A stretch of DNA of 11,457 nucleotides, taken from the NCBI GenBank assembly GCA_043811375.1, contig JBDRNJ010000041.1, positions 1 to 11,457 of the forward strand, in the 5' to 3' direction. Position numbers and translations under genes: made by a program. This DNA comes from a bacterium. GTDB lineage: Bacteria > Zixibacteria > MSB-5A5 > GN15 > FEB-12. The notes under the pieces were generated by a model. That model made no database searches, was not told the origin of the DNA, and saw only the letters and a program-made list of their open reading frames with translations. Position 1 is the first letter of the stretch. Every line of letters begins with the position of its first letter. Below, piece by piece: positions 1-7,400 of this stretch.

Positions 1-142
1 GGCCTACCTGTTCCAATCCGGCCCACCGCCGCCATGTCCAAAACAGGGTGACGTCGACGGCAGCAGTGGTAGCGATGTCGGTGATCTGACGTTCCTGGTG
101 GCCTACCTCTTCCAGGGCGGCCCGGAACCACCGGGATGTTAG
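1..142 (+). CDS. 3' end of a protein with a C-terminal dockerin-like domain (truncated by the window edge)
   Basis: Frame 2 reads AYLFQSGPPPPCPKQGDVDGSSGSDVGDLTFLVAYLFQGGPEPPGC*, with TAG at 140-142. It has the GDVDGxxxxDxxD EF-hand-like repeat and parallels the C-terminus of 1950..3344. Confidence 0.9.
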   Translation, partial: AYLFQSGPPPPCPKQGDVDGSSGSDVGDLTFLVAYLFQGGPEPPGC

Positions 143-212
143 GGTTGTTAGTGATGTTAGGATGGTGGCTGGTGGGGACTTGGAGCAGCCCTCGTTGGTT
201 GCCAAAAACCTC

Positions 213-241
213 TTGCAAATGGAGTATTTTGGTCTTATATT
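213..241 (+). promoter_or_regulatory. Putative sigma70 promoter for the 323..1908(3344) unit
   Basis: TTGCAA (213-218), 17-nt spacer, TATATT (236-241); A-tract upstream. Confidence 0.65.
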
Positions 242-322
242 ACCATATTGTATATCCTCGGCGGGGGCAATTGCAAGGGGCGGATTGAGGATCATCGGGA
301 GGGTTGAAACAAGGAGCGATCT

Positions 323-754
323 GTGAAACTGTGGCTGACAACGAGTCTCTTTGTCCTGCTGTCCCTTGGCGCCGGAGTTGGTGCCGCCGAGAATCCACCT
401 GATAAGGCTGCCAATGCCGGTTTTGTGGACCTGGACGGTGACGGACTGAACGATAACCTCCCTGATCTCAACTATGACGGCATCCCCGATTTCGACAAGG
501 CTGACCAACCGGCGGAGAGCTTTGTAAGTCAAAGCACCATTAGCGATTTCCTTAATTCCATGGACTCTGCCGTACCTCGGCTCGACCTGGTACTCTCCAA
601 CTCGGATGGCTTTCGCGGTTTGATGTTTCAGGTACGCGGATTGTCACAATGCCGGGGCGGTTTTGGAGACGACGAAAATTTCGGACCGGGCTATGGTATC
701 GGTCAGGGAGCTATGAAAGGCGGCTGTGTCGGCGGCGCCTGTGTAGGGAGATGA
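323..754 (+). CDS. Secreted hypothetical protein with Dx[DN]xDG calcium-binding-type motifs and a Gly/Cys-rich C-terminus
   Basis: SD AAGGAG (311-316) precedes the GTG start. Signal peptide ends at about GVGA-A. Contains DLDGDG and DLNYDG motifs. Stop overlaps the next ATG (ATGA, 751-754). Confidence 0.8.
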   Translation: MKLWLTTSLFVLLSLGAGVGAAENPPDKAANAGFVDLDGDGLNDNLPDLNYDGIPDFDKADQPAESFVSQSTISDFLNSMDSAVPRLDLVLSNSDGFRGLMFQVRGLSQCRGGFGDDENFGPGYGIGQGAMKGGCVGGACVGR

Positions 755-1908
755 TAGTGCGACGGTTGTCACGTTTAGCAGTTCTCCCTGGTCTGGTGTT
801 GTTGTTGGCCATGTCAACTCGAGCCGATTTCGGTTACCAGGTGGCCGTTCATGGCGGTTATACCAGCGACCTGTTCAAGGATTCATCCCGGGTGGAAGAT
901 TCCTACACCACCCCTGCGGTTTCGCTGAAGTATTATCCGGCGCCGTCAATTGAGGTCGATTTTACCAGCCGGTATACTTATTACAGCAAGATCTTCGATC
1001 TCAGCAATGCCGTCTTCTCCGGGCGGATTACTCATACCGCAACAGCATTGGATTCCCGTCTGTCGGTATATGTTACCATCGGGCATGATAAACAGCGCTA
1101 CCGGCAGTTATTCGAATCGTATGACAATAATATAACCAATTTCAAAGCCACCGTCGGATTTGAGACGGATCCTCGCGTCCACCTGAGAGCGGGTTCCAGA
1201 ATTAAGGCCACTACCTATATCCGGGCTGACAGCGTCGATGTCGACAATGAGCGGCGTATATTCTTTGGCGGCGTCAACCTGACGCTGCCGGCTGAGAACG
1301 CCATTGATTTCGAGATCGGCGGCGGACTGACCAACTTCGCTTTCATCCACCAGAGTACGTTGCTGAACGGCTTGCGGCCGAACAGGGAGGACTTCGACGA
1401 TGGCCGCTTCCATATGTTTTACTTCTCTCCGCGTTACTCAAGGCCGCTGCCGCTGCGGACGGGACTCAACCTGGTCTATACATACCGCCGTTTCACACGG
1501 ATCGACTCGGTGGGGGTGCTCAGCTATGCCACCGGTTTCCTGTCTCCCTGGGCGTCGGTCTGGGACGGTAAATCGGTGACGCTGGAACTGAAGAGCTACG
1601 CTGTCCCCCATATGATCGTGTCGGCCGGGATCGGTTACTTCGACAAGATGTACCTGAAAGAGATCGAGCAGACCAGGCCACCCCCAATGTCTTTTCTACC
1701 GGACGAGTGGTGGGAGGTCTCGGAAGTGGAGCGCCGTCGGGATTTTTCTACACGGCGGTATATCAGTTTGCAGAGGCCCTTCTCGGTCGGGCGTGATGGT
1801 TTGCTGGATGCGATTCTGTCGGTGGAACATGTGCACAACGAATCAACTACGGCTACTTACGACTACTCCGACGTGACTGTTTATGGCGGAGTGTCTTACA
1901 GACGATAG
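751..1908 (+). CDS. Outer-membrane beta-barrel protein, family unassigned (start revised from 649 to 751)
   Basis: The ATG at 751 gives a clean signal peptide (MIVRRLSRLAVLPGLVLLLAMSTRA-D). Alternating Tyr/Phe-rich amphipathic strands throughout; last strand DVTVYGGVSYRR. Confidence 0.8.
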   Translation: MIVRRLSRLAVLPGLVLLLAMSTRADFGYQVAVHGGYTSDLFKDSSRVEDSYTTPAVSLKYYPAPSIEVDFTSRYTYYSKIFDLSNAVFSGRITHTATALDSRLSVYVTIGHDKQRYRQLFESYDNNITNFKATVGFETDPRVHLRAGSRIKATTYIRADSVDVDNERRIFFGGVNLTLPAENAIDFEIGGGLTNFAFIHQSTLLNGLRPNREDFDDGRFHMFYFSPRYSRPLPLRTGLNLVYTYRRFTRIDSVGVLSYATGFLSPWASVWDGKSVTLELKSYAVPHMIVSAGIGYFDKMYLKEIEQTRPPPMSFLPDEWWEVSEVERRRDFSTRRYISLQRPFSVGRDGLLDAILSVEHVHNESTTATYDYSDVTVYGGVSYRR

Positions 1909-1949
1909 AACTGGTTAAGTACAGGTAATACACAGAAAGGAACAGCAAA

Positions 1950-3344
1950 ATGAACAAGTGCCACTGTATGCGGACGGCGATCGGCACCGCTGTCGCCGTC
2001 GTGATCATGCTGGCGTCATCTGTTCTGGGAGCGGATGCGTCAATTGTGGGCGACTTCACCGGTAGTACATCGAAAACACCACCGGTAACTTCGCTGAAAA
2101 TGGATCCGTCCGATTACACCGGCTGGATACGCCTTTACGTTATGGAGATTGAGTCTCACTGGGATGATGACGCCGGACAGCCGTTTCATTATGGCTTTCT
2201 TGGCTTTGCAGTCGATTCCTACATCGTGATGTCCGATGGCAGCCGCTATGCTGGGAATCTGGTCTGGAATTGTAATGATGCCGGCTGGTGGAGTTCCGAC
2301 GACCGTGACAATATCTTTGTTATCGCGGTGCTGTCCAACGATGATCCGCACCAGGCCTATTCTGATCCGCCCACCGGTAACCCCTTCTGGGCCTACTACG
2401 TGGACGCCACTGCCGGCGCCGGGCCGGGTGAGGTCGACAGCAACCATACCACCGGCAACTCGACTCATACTGTTTTCGTGATAGACCACTCAACTACCTG
2501 GTGCCCCAACTGTCCCACGACCAGTTACTACCTTAATTCCGTTTACAATTCCGGTAACTATAACTTCTTCTTCACTACCATGGTCTCCGACAGGAACCCC
2601 AAGGCCGACGTCTGGTTGGACAGTCTCTACAACTCAAAGTACATACCCACCTGCTATAACGACGGTGGTTACGATGTACTAATCGGCGGCGTGAGTCCCC
2701 ATACGCCGTATCAGAATATGGTCAACTATTGCGCTGCCCGCGCGGTGGAGGACGTGGGCGTGATCCTGCACGTTGAATGGCCGGATACGGCCGTCTGCGA
2801 CATGTATATCGATTTCGCTATGGCCCACGGCACTCCGGTTAACACCGAACCGGCAACTCCGCTGGCTCCGACCGGTCCCGATCCGATCCTGCGGGATACT
2901 ACCGGCGAATACGTGGTTCTGGGAACCGATCCCGAAAATGACCAGCTCTTCTATCGCTGGGACTGGGGCGATGGTGACACCAGCATCTGGTCCGATCGTA
3001 TAGACGACGGCATAGCCTGTACACTGTCGCACTCCTGGGCTGCCAACGGAGACTATGATGTCAGAGTGCAGGTCAAGGATCCGTTCGAGGAAGCCGGCGG
3101 CTGGTCGGCCCCTATGACTGTTTCGGTCTTCTGCTGTTTGCTCCGGGGTGATGTTGACGCTACCGGCGCAACTGACGTCGGTGATCTGACTTCTCTGGTG
3201 GCTTACCTCTTCCAGGGCGGCGCTGCACCGCCATGTGAGGACGAGGGCGATGTTGACGGCAGTGGCGCCACCGACGTGGGTGATCTGACTTCTCTGGTGG
3301 CCTATCTCTTCCAGGGCGGCGCGAGTCCACCGGCCTGCCCGTAG
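1950..3344 (+). CDS. Secreted multidomain protein: Omp28-like/thioredoxin-fold (WCPNC) + PKD domain + C-terminal dockerin-like domain
   Basis: Signal peptide; STTWCPNCP (CxxC at 2502-2513) and YIPT candidate cis-Pro loop; PKD signature YRWDWGDG...SHSW...GDYDVRVQVKD; two GDVD...DVGDLTSLVAYLFQGG repeats. Alternative start ATG at 1968. Confidence 0.85.
   Translation: MNKCHCMRTAIGTAVAVVIMLASSVLGADASIVGDFTGSTSKTPPVTSLKMDPSDYTGWIRLYVMEIESHWDDDAGQPFHYGFLGFAVDSYIVMSDGSRYAGNLVWNCNDAGWWSSDDRDNIFVIAVLSNDDPHQAYSDPPTGNPFWAYYVDATAGAGPGEVDSNHTTGNSTHTVFVIDHSTTWCPNCPTTSYYLNSVYNSGNYNFFFTTMVSDRNPKADVWLDSLYNSKYIPTCYNDGGYDVLIGGVSPHTPYQNMVNYCAARAVEDVGVILHVEWPDTAVCDMYIDFAMAHGTPVNTEPATPLAPTGPDPILRDTTGEYVVLGTDPENDQLFYRWDWGDGDTSIWSDRIDDGIACTLSHSWAANGDYDVRVQVKDPFEEAGGWSAPMTVSVFCCLLRGDVDATGATDVGDLTSLVAYLFQGGAAPPCEDEGDVDGSGATDVGDLTSLVAYLFQGGASPPACP
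3147..3344 (+). repeat. Intragenic duplication of the dockerin half-repeat (99-nt period)
   Basis: Units start at 3147 and 3246. The 23-mer ggtgatctgacttctctggtggc is identical at 3180-3202 and 3279-3301. Confidence 0.9.
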
Positions 3345-3374
3345 TTATGACCGTATAGCTGAAAAGCAACAAAG

Positions 3375-3456
3375 TTGTGCGCGGCGTACGTCCTCGTGCG
3401 CCGCGTTACGTGTTCAGGGAAACTATACGGTAGACGAGGACGTCCACCGCGCACAA
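3375..3456. repeat. Inverted doublet of REP-like palindromic units between convergent genes (may also act as a bidirectional terminator/stabiliser)
   Basis: Unit ttgtgcgcgg-NNN-acg-tcct-cgt-NNN-ccg occurs at 3375-3403 (+) and 3428-3456 (-). Each copy is a hairpin with a TCCT loop. Confidence 0.7.
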
Positions 3457-3492
3457 AAGTGTCAGAGGCTGGCGTTTTCCGTCGGGAGATGA

Positions 3493-5850
3493 CTATCGGC
3501 CGGTGTTCTCTTTCAGATAGTCAAAAAACTCATCGAGGAAGGTCCGGTTGCCGCTACGTGACGACCAGCCGACGTCGTGCACCAGTTGGGCCACGGACAG
3601 GTAGAAATCATACCGTCCTTTGATGGCAGCCAATTCAGCTTCTCGGCCGTTATCGCAGGCCTGAAGCAAATCAACCAGGCCCAGCCGACCGGCATCGTAT
3701 TCATCCAGCGTCAGGCTCATACTCTGCGCGGCCAGTTCCGCTGAACGAATTACTCGCGGGAGGCTGTGGGCCAGGTTTACCAGGTCGTAGGTTCGGCGAT
3801 GGATACGGCCCATCACTTCCAGGGAGGCAGCATCATTTTCAAATTCGGCCTGACTCAGACGAGCCCTCAGAACCGCTCTTTCCCTGGTGCGGTCGGCCCC
3901 CAGAAAAATCGGCAGTGTCAATCCCCCCCACACCGACCAGGTGGTCTGTTCTTCAAAGAAATCGGGTGGTTTGTCGGCCAATCGGTCGGCATAGTTAAGG
4001 GCGCCCTCGAAATCAATCCTGGGATAAAAGCGGGCGCTGTTTTTTGACAAGCGGTTGCGTCCGATGGCGATTTCAATCCGACGCTCCTGCATGACGGGAC
4101 TGGTCTGCAGCGCCTGACTGACCAGGCCGGCTCGCAGTCGTGCCTGAGCGTCAGCGTCGGGAACCAGACGGAGCAGTCGATCATAGTCCCTGAAGAAACT
4201 GTTCTCGGTGAATGAAACGGTGTCGGCCGCAAGAGCGTGATCACCGGGCAGGTTGAACAACACATTCAAGGTCAATGCAGCGGTCTTGAGATCATGATCG
4301 GCCCGAAGGAGACGAGTGATTGCTTTCTGGCGTTCATCTTTCAGACGCAGCAGATCGATTTCGCTGCCGTCTTCGATCAGGAATCGGGTACCTGCGATCT
4401 CCAGATTGCGATCCGCCAGAGACTGGTAGCGGCGCACTGTTTGCAGTGCTTCGCGAGCCTGCAGGTAACTCAGGTATGCCGCCACTACGGCCAATTCCAG
4501 GTCGATCCCGATCTGTTGCAGGTCGATCCGCCGATGGTCACGCTGTTTTGATTTCAGACGGATCGACTGGATCGCATCGGCGGAAAACACGGTTTGCTGC
4601 CAGCGCAGAGTTGTCCGGTAGCGGTCATTCTGCAGTTCTCCTCGCGAGTTGACCACGTCCCGATCATCGAAATGTGACGCCGAGGCAATGATCTCAATCT
4701 GCGGCAGATACGATGAGTAGGCCTGCCGGGCGGCTGCGACAGCCGCCGTCAGGGCATCCTGCTGCGCCAGGTGACCGGGGTTGGATGAAAGAGTTCGTTC
4801 CACTGCTTCCGGCAGAGAATAGTCTGCGGTTGTCTCCGGCGCCGGCGCTGGCACCAAATAGGCTCCGTGCAGGGCTTCGGGGGGAAACGTGATACCGCAT
4901 TGATCGGCGGTCTGCTCATTGATACCCAAAGCCAGGCCGCCACGAAATTCGGTTTCTAAATCGGCCGGCAGGTCTCCCTGCAGAATTCGGACAGCCTTGA
5001 GAGCGTTGTACCTGGCATCGGAATCCACTCCATAGGCGCTTCTGGTACACAATGCTCCCTGGCCGACAAAGTACCGTCCCTCGGAGGTAAAAGTCGGTAT
5101 CCCGCGCTGAGCGATCATAGCCAGGAATTCAGAGATTTTTATTTCATCCATCCCCCACAGCGGCGGCAGGTAGAGAGCGTCCGGTCTCTCCGGGAGCTGA
5201 TTGAACGCCTTGAAGAAAGCGAAAGTACCGAAATTGTCAAAACCGTCGGCAGTCACCAACTCAAAACCAAAAGCCTGCCCCAATGTATCAAACGAAGCCA
5301 TAATACCGGCCGATTCATCCCGGGAGGGAAAGTACAGAACCCCGAGCTTCCTGATGGAGATCAGTTCCGTCAGGACCCTGAGGTCGTCGACCAGACGGCC
5401 CGGTTTAACCTGCACCGTCAGATTGGGTGCTATCGGGCGGCCGTTGTTATCCAAAAAACCCTGCGCCACTGGGTCAAACTGGTGCATGGCGAGTATCGGT
5501 CGGTCGAAACCCGCATCCAGCAAGTCTTCCACCACCCACGGCCCCATAGCGACCACCATATCAATGCTGTTAACGGCGGCCAGTTGCCGGGCCATGATAC
5601 GGCAGGAGTCGCGCTTCCAGCCGGCGGAGCGGTAACCTTCCGGGGCAAACACCATTTCCTGATCGGTCGGCATCAGCAGACGCAATTGTCGGGTGAACTC
5701 ATTACGCAGGACGGAATGACCGGGGTACAATCCACCCTCAAAGTAACCCAAACGGAACTGCCGGGTCGTCTGCGCCGAGCCGGTGGTCATCCCGGTCATC
5801 ACCAGGATTACAAGAAGGATAACAAATAATCTTGTATAGCTATATATCAT
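3493..5850 (-). CDS. TolC-family outer-membrane efflux protein with N-terminal ABC-type substrate-binding domain
   Basis: The ATG at 5850 gives a signal peptide. N-half resembles the ABC_sub_bind periplasmic-binding fold (KLGVLY, PDALY, GIPTF, RILQGDLPADL, LGINEQTADQCGITFP). C-half from ~4824 has two OEP repeats (SLPEAVERTLSSNP, SSYLPQI, VVAAYL, FYPRIDF, LTLPIFLG, YDAGRLGLVDLL). Confidence 0.88.
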   Translation of the reverse strand: MIYSYTRLFVILLVILVMTGMTTGSAQTTRQFRLGYFEGGLYPGHSVLRNEFTRQLRLLMPTDQEMVFAPEGYRSAGWKRDSCRIMARQLAAVNSIDMVVAMGPWVVEDLLDAGFDRPILAMHQFDPVAQGFLDNNGRPIAPNLTVQVKPGRLVDDLRVLTELISIRKLGVLYFPSRDESAGIMASFDTLGQAFGFELVTADGFDNFGTFAFFKAFNQLPERPDALYLPPLWGMDEIKISEFLAMIAQRGIPTFTSEGRYFVGQGALCTRSAYGVDSDARYNALKAVRILQGDLPADLETEFRGGLALGINEQTADQCGITFPPEALHGAYLVPAPAPETTADYSLPEAVERTLSSNPGHLAQQDALTAAVAAARQAYSSYLPQIEIIASASHFDDRDVVNSRGELQNDRYRTTLRWQQTVFSADAIQSIRLKSKQRDHRRIDLQQIGIDLELAVVAAYLSYLQAREALQTVRRYQSLADRNLEIAGTRFLIEDGSEIDLLRLKDERQKAITRLLRADHDLKTAALTLNVLFNLPGDHALAADTVSFTENSFFRDYDRLLRLVPDADAQARLRAGLVSQALQTSPVMQERRIEIAIGRNRLSKNSARFYPRIDFEGALNYADRLADKPPDFFEEQTTWSVWGGLTLPIFLGADRTRERAVLRARLSQAEFENDAASLEVMGRIHRRTYDLVNLAHSLPRVIRSAELAAQSMSLTLDEYDAGRLGLVDLLQACDNGREAELAAIKGRYDFYLSVAQLVHDVGWSSRSGNRTFLDEFFDYLKENTGR

Positions 5851-5891
5851 ATCTGTGCTCGCCTGTCTTTGTCCTTGTATCAGGCACAAAG

Positions 5892-5920
5892 ATTATAGGC
5901 AATTTGGTGAACTTGTTAAA
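5892..5920 (-). promoter_or_regulatory. Putative sigma70 promoter of the SBP-TolC gene
   Basis: Perfect TATAAT on the - strand (5892-5897); weak -35 (TTAACA/TTTAAC) 16-17 nt upstream. Confidence 0.45.
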
Positions 5921-6067
5921 GGGAATTATTCAGAGATAATCGAGGTGCGATCGGTAGGGTGGCCTACGTTTTTAAGGGATTGTTGAAAAACCTGCGTTTC
6001 ACATCATGGCGAGGGGGTTTATCCCCCATGATGACGCTTGAATGGCATATTATCAGCCTGTCGGGAA

Positions 6068-6445
6068 TCAATCGGTCTGTTGTTCGACGCGGTCGAAACT
6101 GTTGACAACGTCAGTCAGTTGTGAAGCGCGATACGGCTTCTGCAGGAAGGTGATGTGGTGGTCAAGTTCTGCCGGCACCAATCCCGGTTCCGGCGGATTG
6201 CCACTGGAAATGATACAGGGAACATCGTTGACGATAGCCCGAATCCGGGCCAGGGTTTCCATACCGGGGGTACCCTGCAGAGTGAGATCGAGTAAAACCA
6301 GGTCAATGTCGCCGGGTTTGCTTGAAAACAGTTCAAGCCCTGTCCGACCGTCTTCGGCCAGTAACACTTCGTGTCCGGCCCGGTGCAGAATCCTTTGGGC
6401 CAGACTCCGAATCATTTCCTCATCGTCTATAATCAGTACCTTCAT
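6068..6445 (-). CDS. Single-domain response regulator (CheY-like receiver)
   Basis: MKVLIIDDEE, phosphoacceptor in VLLD, ISSG, LQKPY; SD GAGG upstream. Confidence 0.93.
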   Translation of the reverse strand: MKVLIIDDEEMIRSLAQRILHRAGHEVLLAEDGRTGLELFSSKPGDIDLVLLDLTLQGTPGMETLARIRAIVNDVPCIISSGNPPEPGLVPAELDHHITFLQKPYRASQLTDVVNSFDRVEQQTD

Positions 6446-6598
6446 CGAAATCCCTCAGTTGTGGCGTCATCAGATGTTAACTGCGTGCAGATTTTTTCCC
6501 CCCATCGATGATATCTTTTTTTGATGTTGTCGGTAATTAATCGGTTTGATTTAGCAATTCGATCAGGCTCGATATTGGCAGCAACGGTAGATCATCCG

Positions 6599-6630
6599 AA
6601 AAAAAAACGGCCCGCAACAGGCGAGCCGTT
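6599..6630 (-). terminator. Rho-independent terminator of rex
   Basis: - strand: aacggctcgc-ctgtt-gcgggccgtt running into a T9 tract. Confidence 0.85.
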
Positions 6631-6697
6631 GTCTTTAAGCGAATGACGCTTAAAAGAGGTATCCTCTATTTCATCCTTGAAACAGAGGTTTTTTATT

Positions 6698-7393
6698 CTA
6701 ACCGGTTTTTTTTTGCACCTGGTTATTTACCATGGTAAAAGAGAGATATTCAAGCTCTATGGCCATATTGGCTCCGCGCAGACAGATGTCATCGGGGACC
6801 CTCAAGTTCACCGGGGCGAAATTGAGAATTGATCTGACTCCCGCCCGGACGACGTCATCGACGATATACTGAGCTACCGTAGCCGGAACTGCCAGGATAG
6901 CCATTTCAATCCCGGCTTCCTTAAGTTCTGTTTCGAGGTTCTTGATGTCGGAAACAATAATGCCCTTGTGGTTGGAGCCGATCTTGCGCTGGTCATTGTC
7001 GTAGATTGCCTTGATATTGAATCCCTGTTTCTGGAATTCCTTATAGGATACCAGCGCCGATCCCATATTTCCGGCGCCAATCATCCCCACATTCCAACTC
7101 CGGTCGATACCCAGAATCGCGGCGATGCGGGCCTTGAGTTCCTTGGTGGGATACCCCAGACCCCGTGTTCCGAATGACCCGAAAAATGACAGATCTTTGC
7201 GCACTTGAGCGGGGGTGAGTTTCTCTCTCCGCGCCAGATCTTTCGAGCTAACCGTATGGTAACCTTCACCTTCGAGCGATGACAGGGCGCGATAGTAGAT
7301 TGAGAGACGGTGGATTGTCGACTCGGATATTTTGCGTCTAAATGCTACAGGCCAATCTTCGGCGGCACTATTTCGGGGGCGTCGTGAATTCAT
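6698..7393 (-). CDS. rex: Redox-sensing transcriptional repressor Rex
   Basis: KISESTIHRLSIYYR, SSKDLA, AQVRKDLSFFGSFGTRGLGY (winged helix), GAGNMG (Rossmann fold) and ILNFAP. Confidence 0.97.
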   Translation of the reverse strand: MNSRRPRNSAAEDWPVAFRRKISESTIHRLSIYYRALSSLEGEGYHTVSSKDLARREKLTPAQVRKDLSFFGSFGTRGLGYPTKELKARIAAILGIDRSWNVGMIGAGNMGSALVSYKEFQKQGFNIKAIYDNDQRKIGSNHKGIIVSDIKNLETELKEAGIEMAILAVPATVAQYIVDDVVRAGVRSILNFAPVNLRVPDDICLRGANMAIELEYLSFTMVNNQVQKKTG

Positions 7394-7399
7394 TCACAA
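7382..7399. promoter_or_regulatory. Rex operator overlapping the rex start codon
   Basis: - strand TTGTGAA-TGAA-TTCACGA has one mismatch to the Rex consensus TTGTGAA-N4-TTCACAA. Confidence 0.88.
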
Positions 7400-7400
7400 G

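Noticed and set aside
649..750. Longer start for the beta-barrel ORF
   Set aside because: It overlaps the upstream gene by over 100 nt and buries the signal peptide; ATG 751 in an ATGA overlap fits better.
752..757. TGA as selenocysteine after the Cys-rich tail
   Set aside because: It is followed immediately by in-frame TAG and is explained by coupling to the next ATG. The CxxC of 1950..3344 uses ordinary Cys codons.
47..3344. Dockerin DNA repeats as DGR template/variable repeats or a CRISPR array
   Set aside because: Differences are not adenine-specific, there is no reverse transcriptase or cas gene, and all copies are in-frame coding sequence.
3350..3431. Hammerhead or HDV-like ribozyme (ctgaa...gaaac; acgtcctcgt)
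   Set aside because: The core is CUGAAAA rather than CUGANGA, no stem-I/UH site can be built, and the HDV P3 closing strand and P1/P1.1 pairings are missing.
5851..5889. 13-aa N-terminal extension of the SBP-TolC ORF
   Set aside because: It starts 2 nt from the putative -10, and ATG 5850 gives a better signal peptide.
5905..5922. Rex-like site TGGTGAA-CTTG-TTAAAGG upstream of the TolC gene
   Set aside because: The second half-site is too degenerate.
6706..6714. A9 tract in rex as a phase-variation site
   Set aside because: It lies in the last few codons, so slippage would barely alter the protein.
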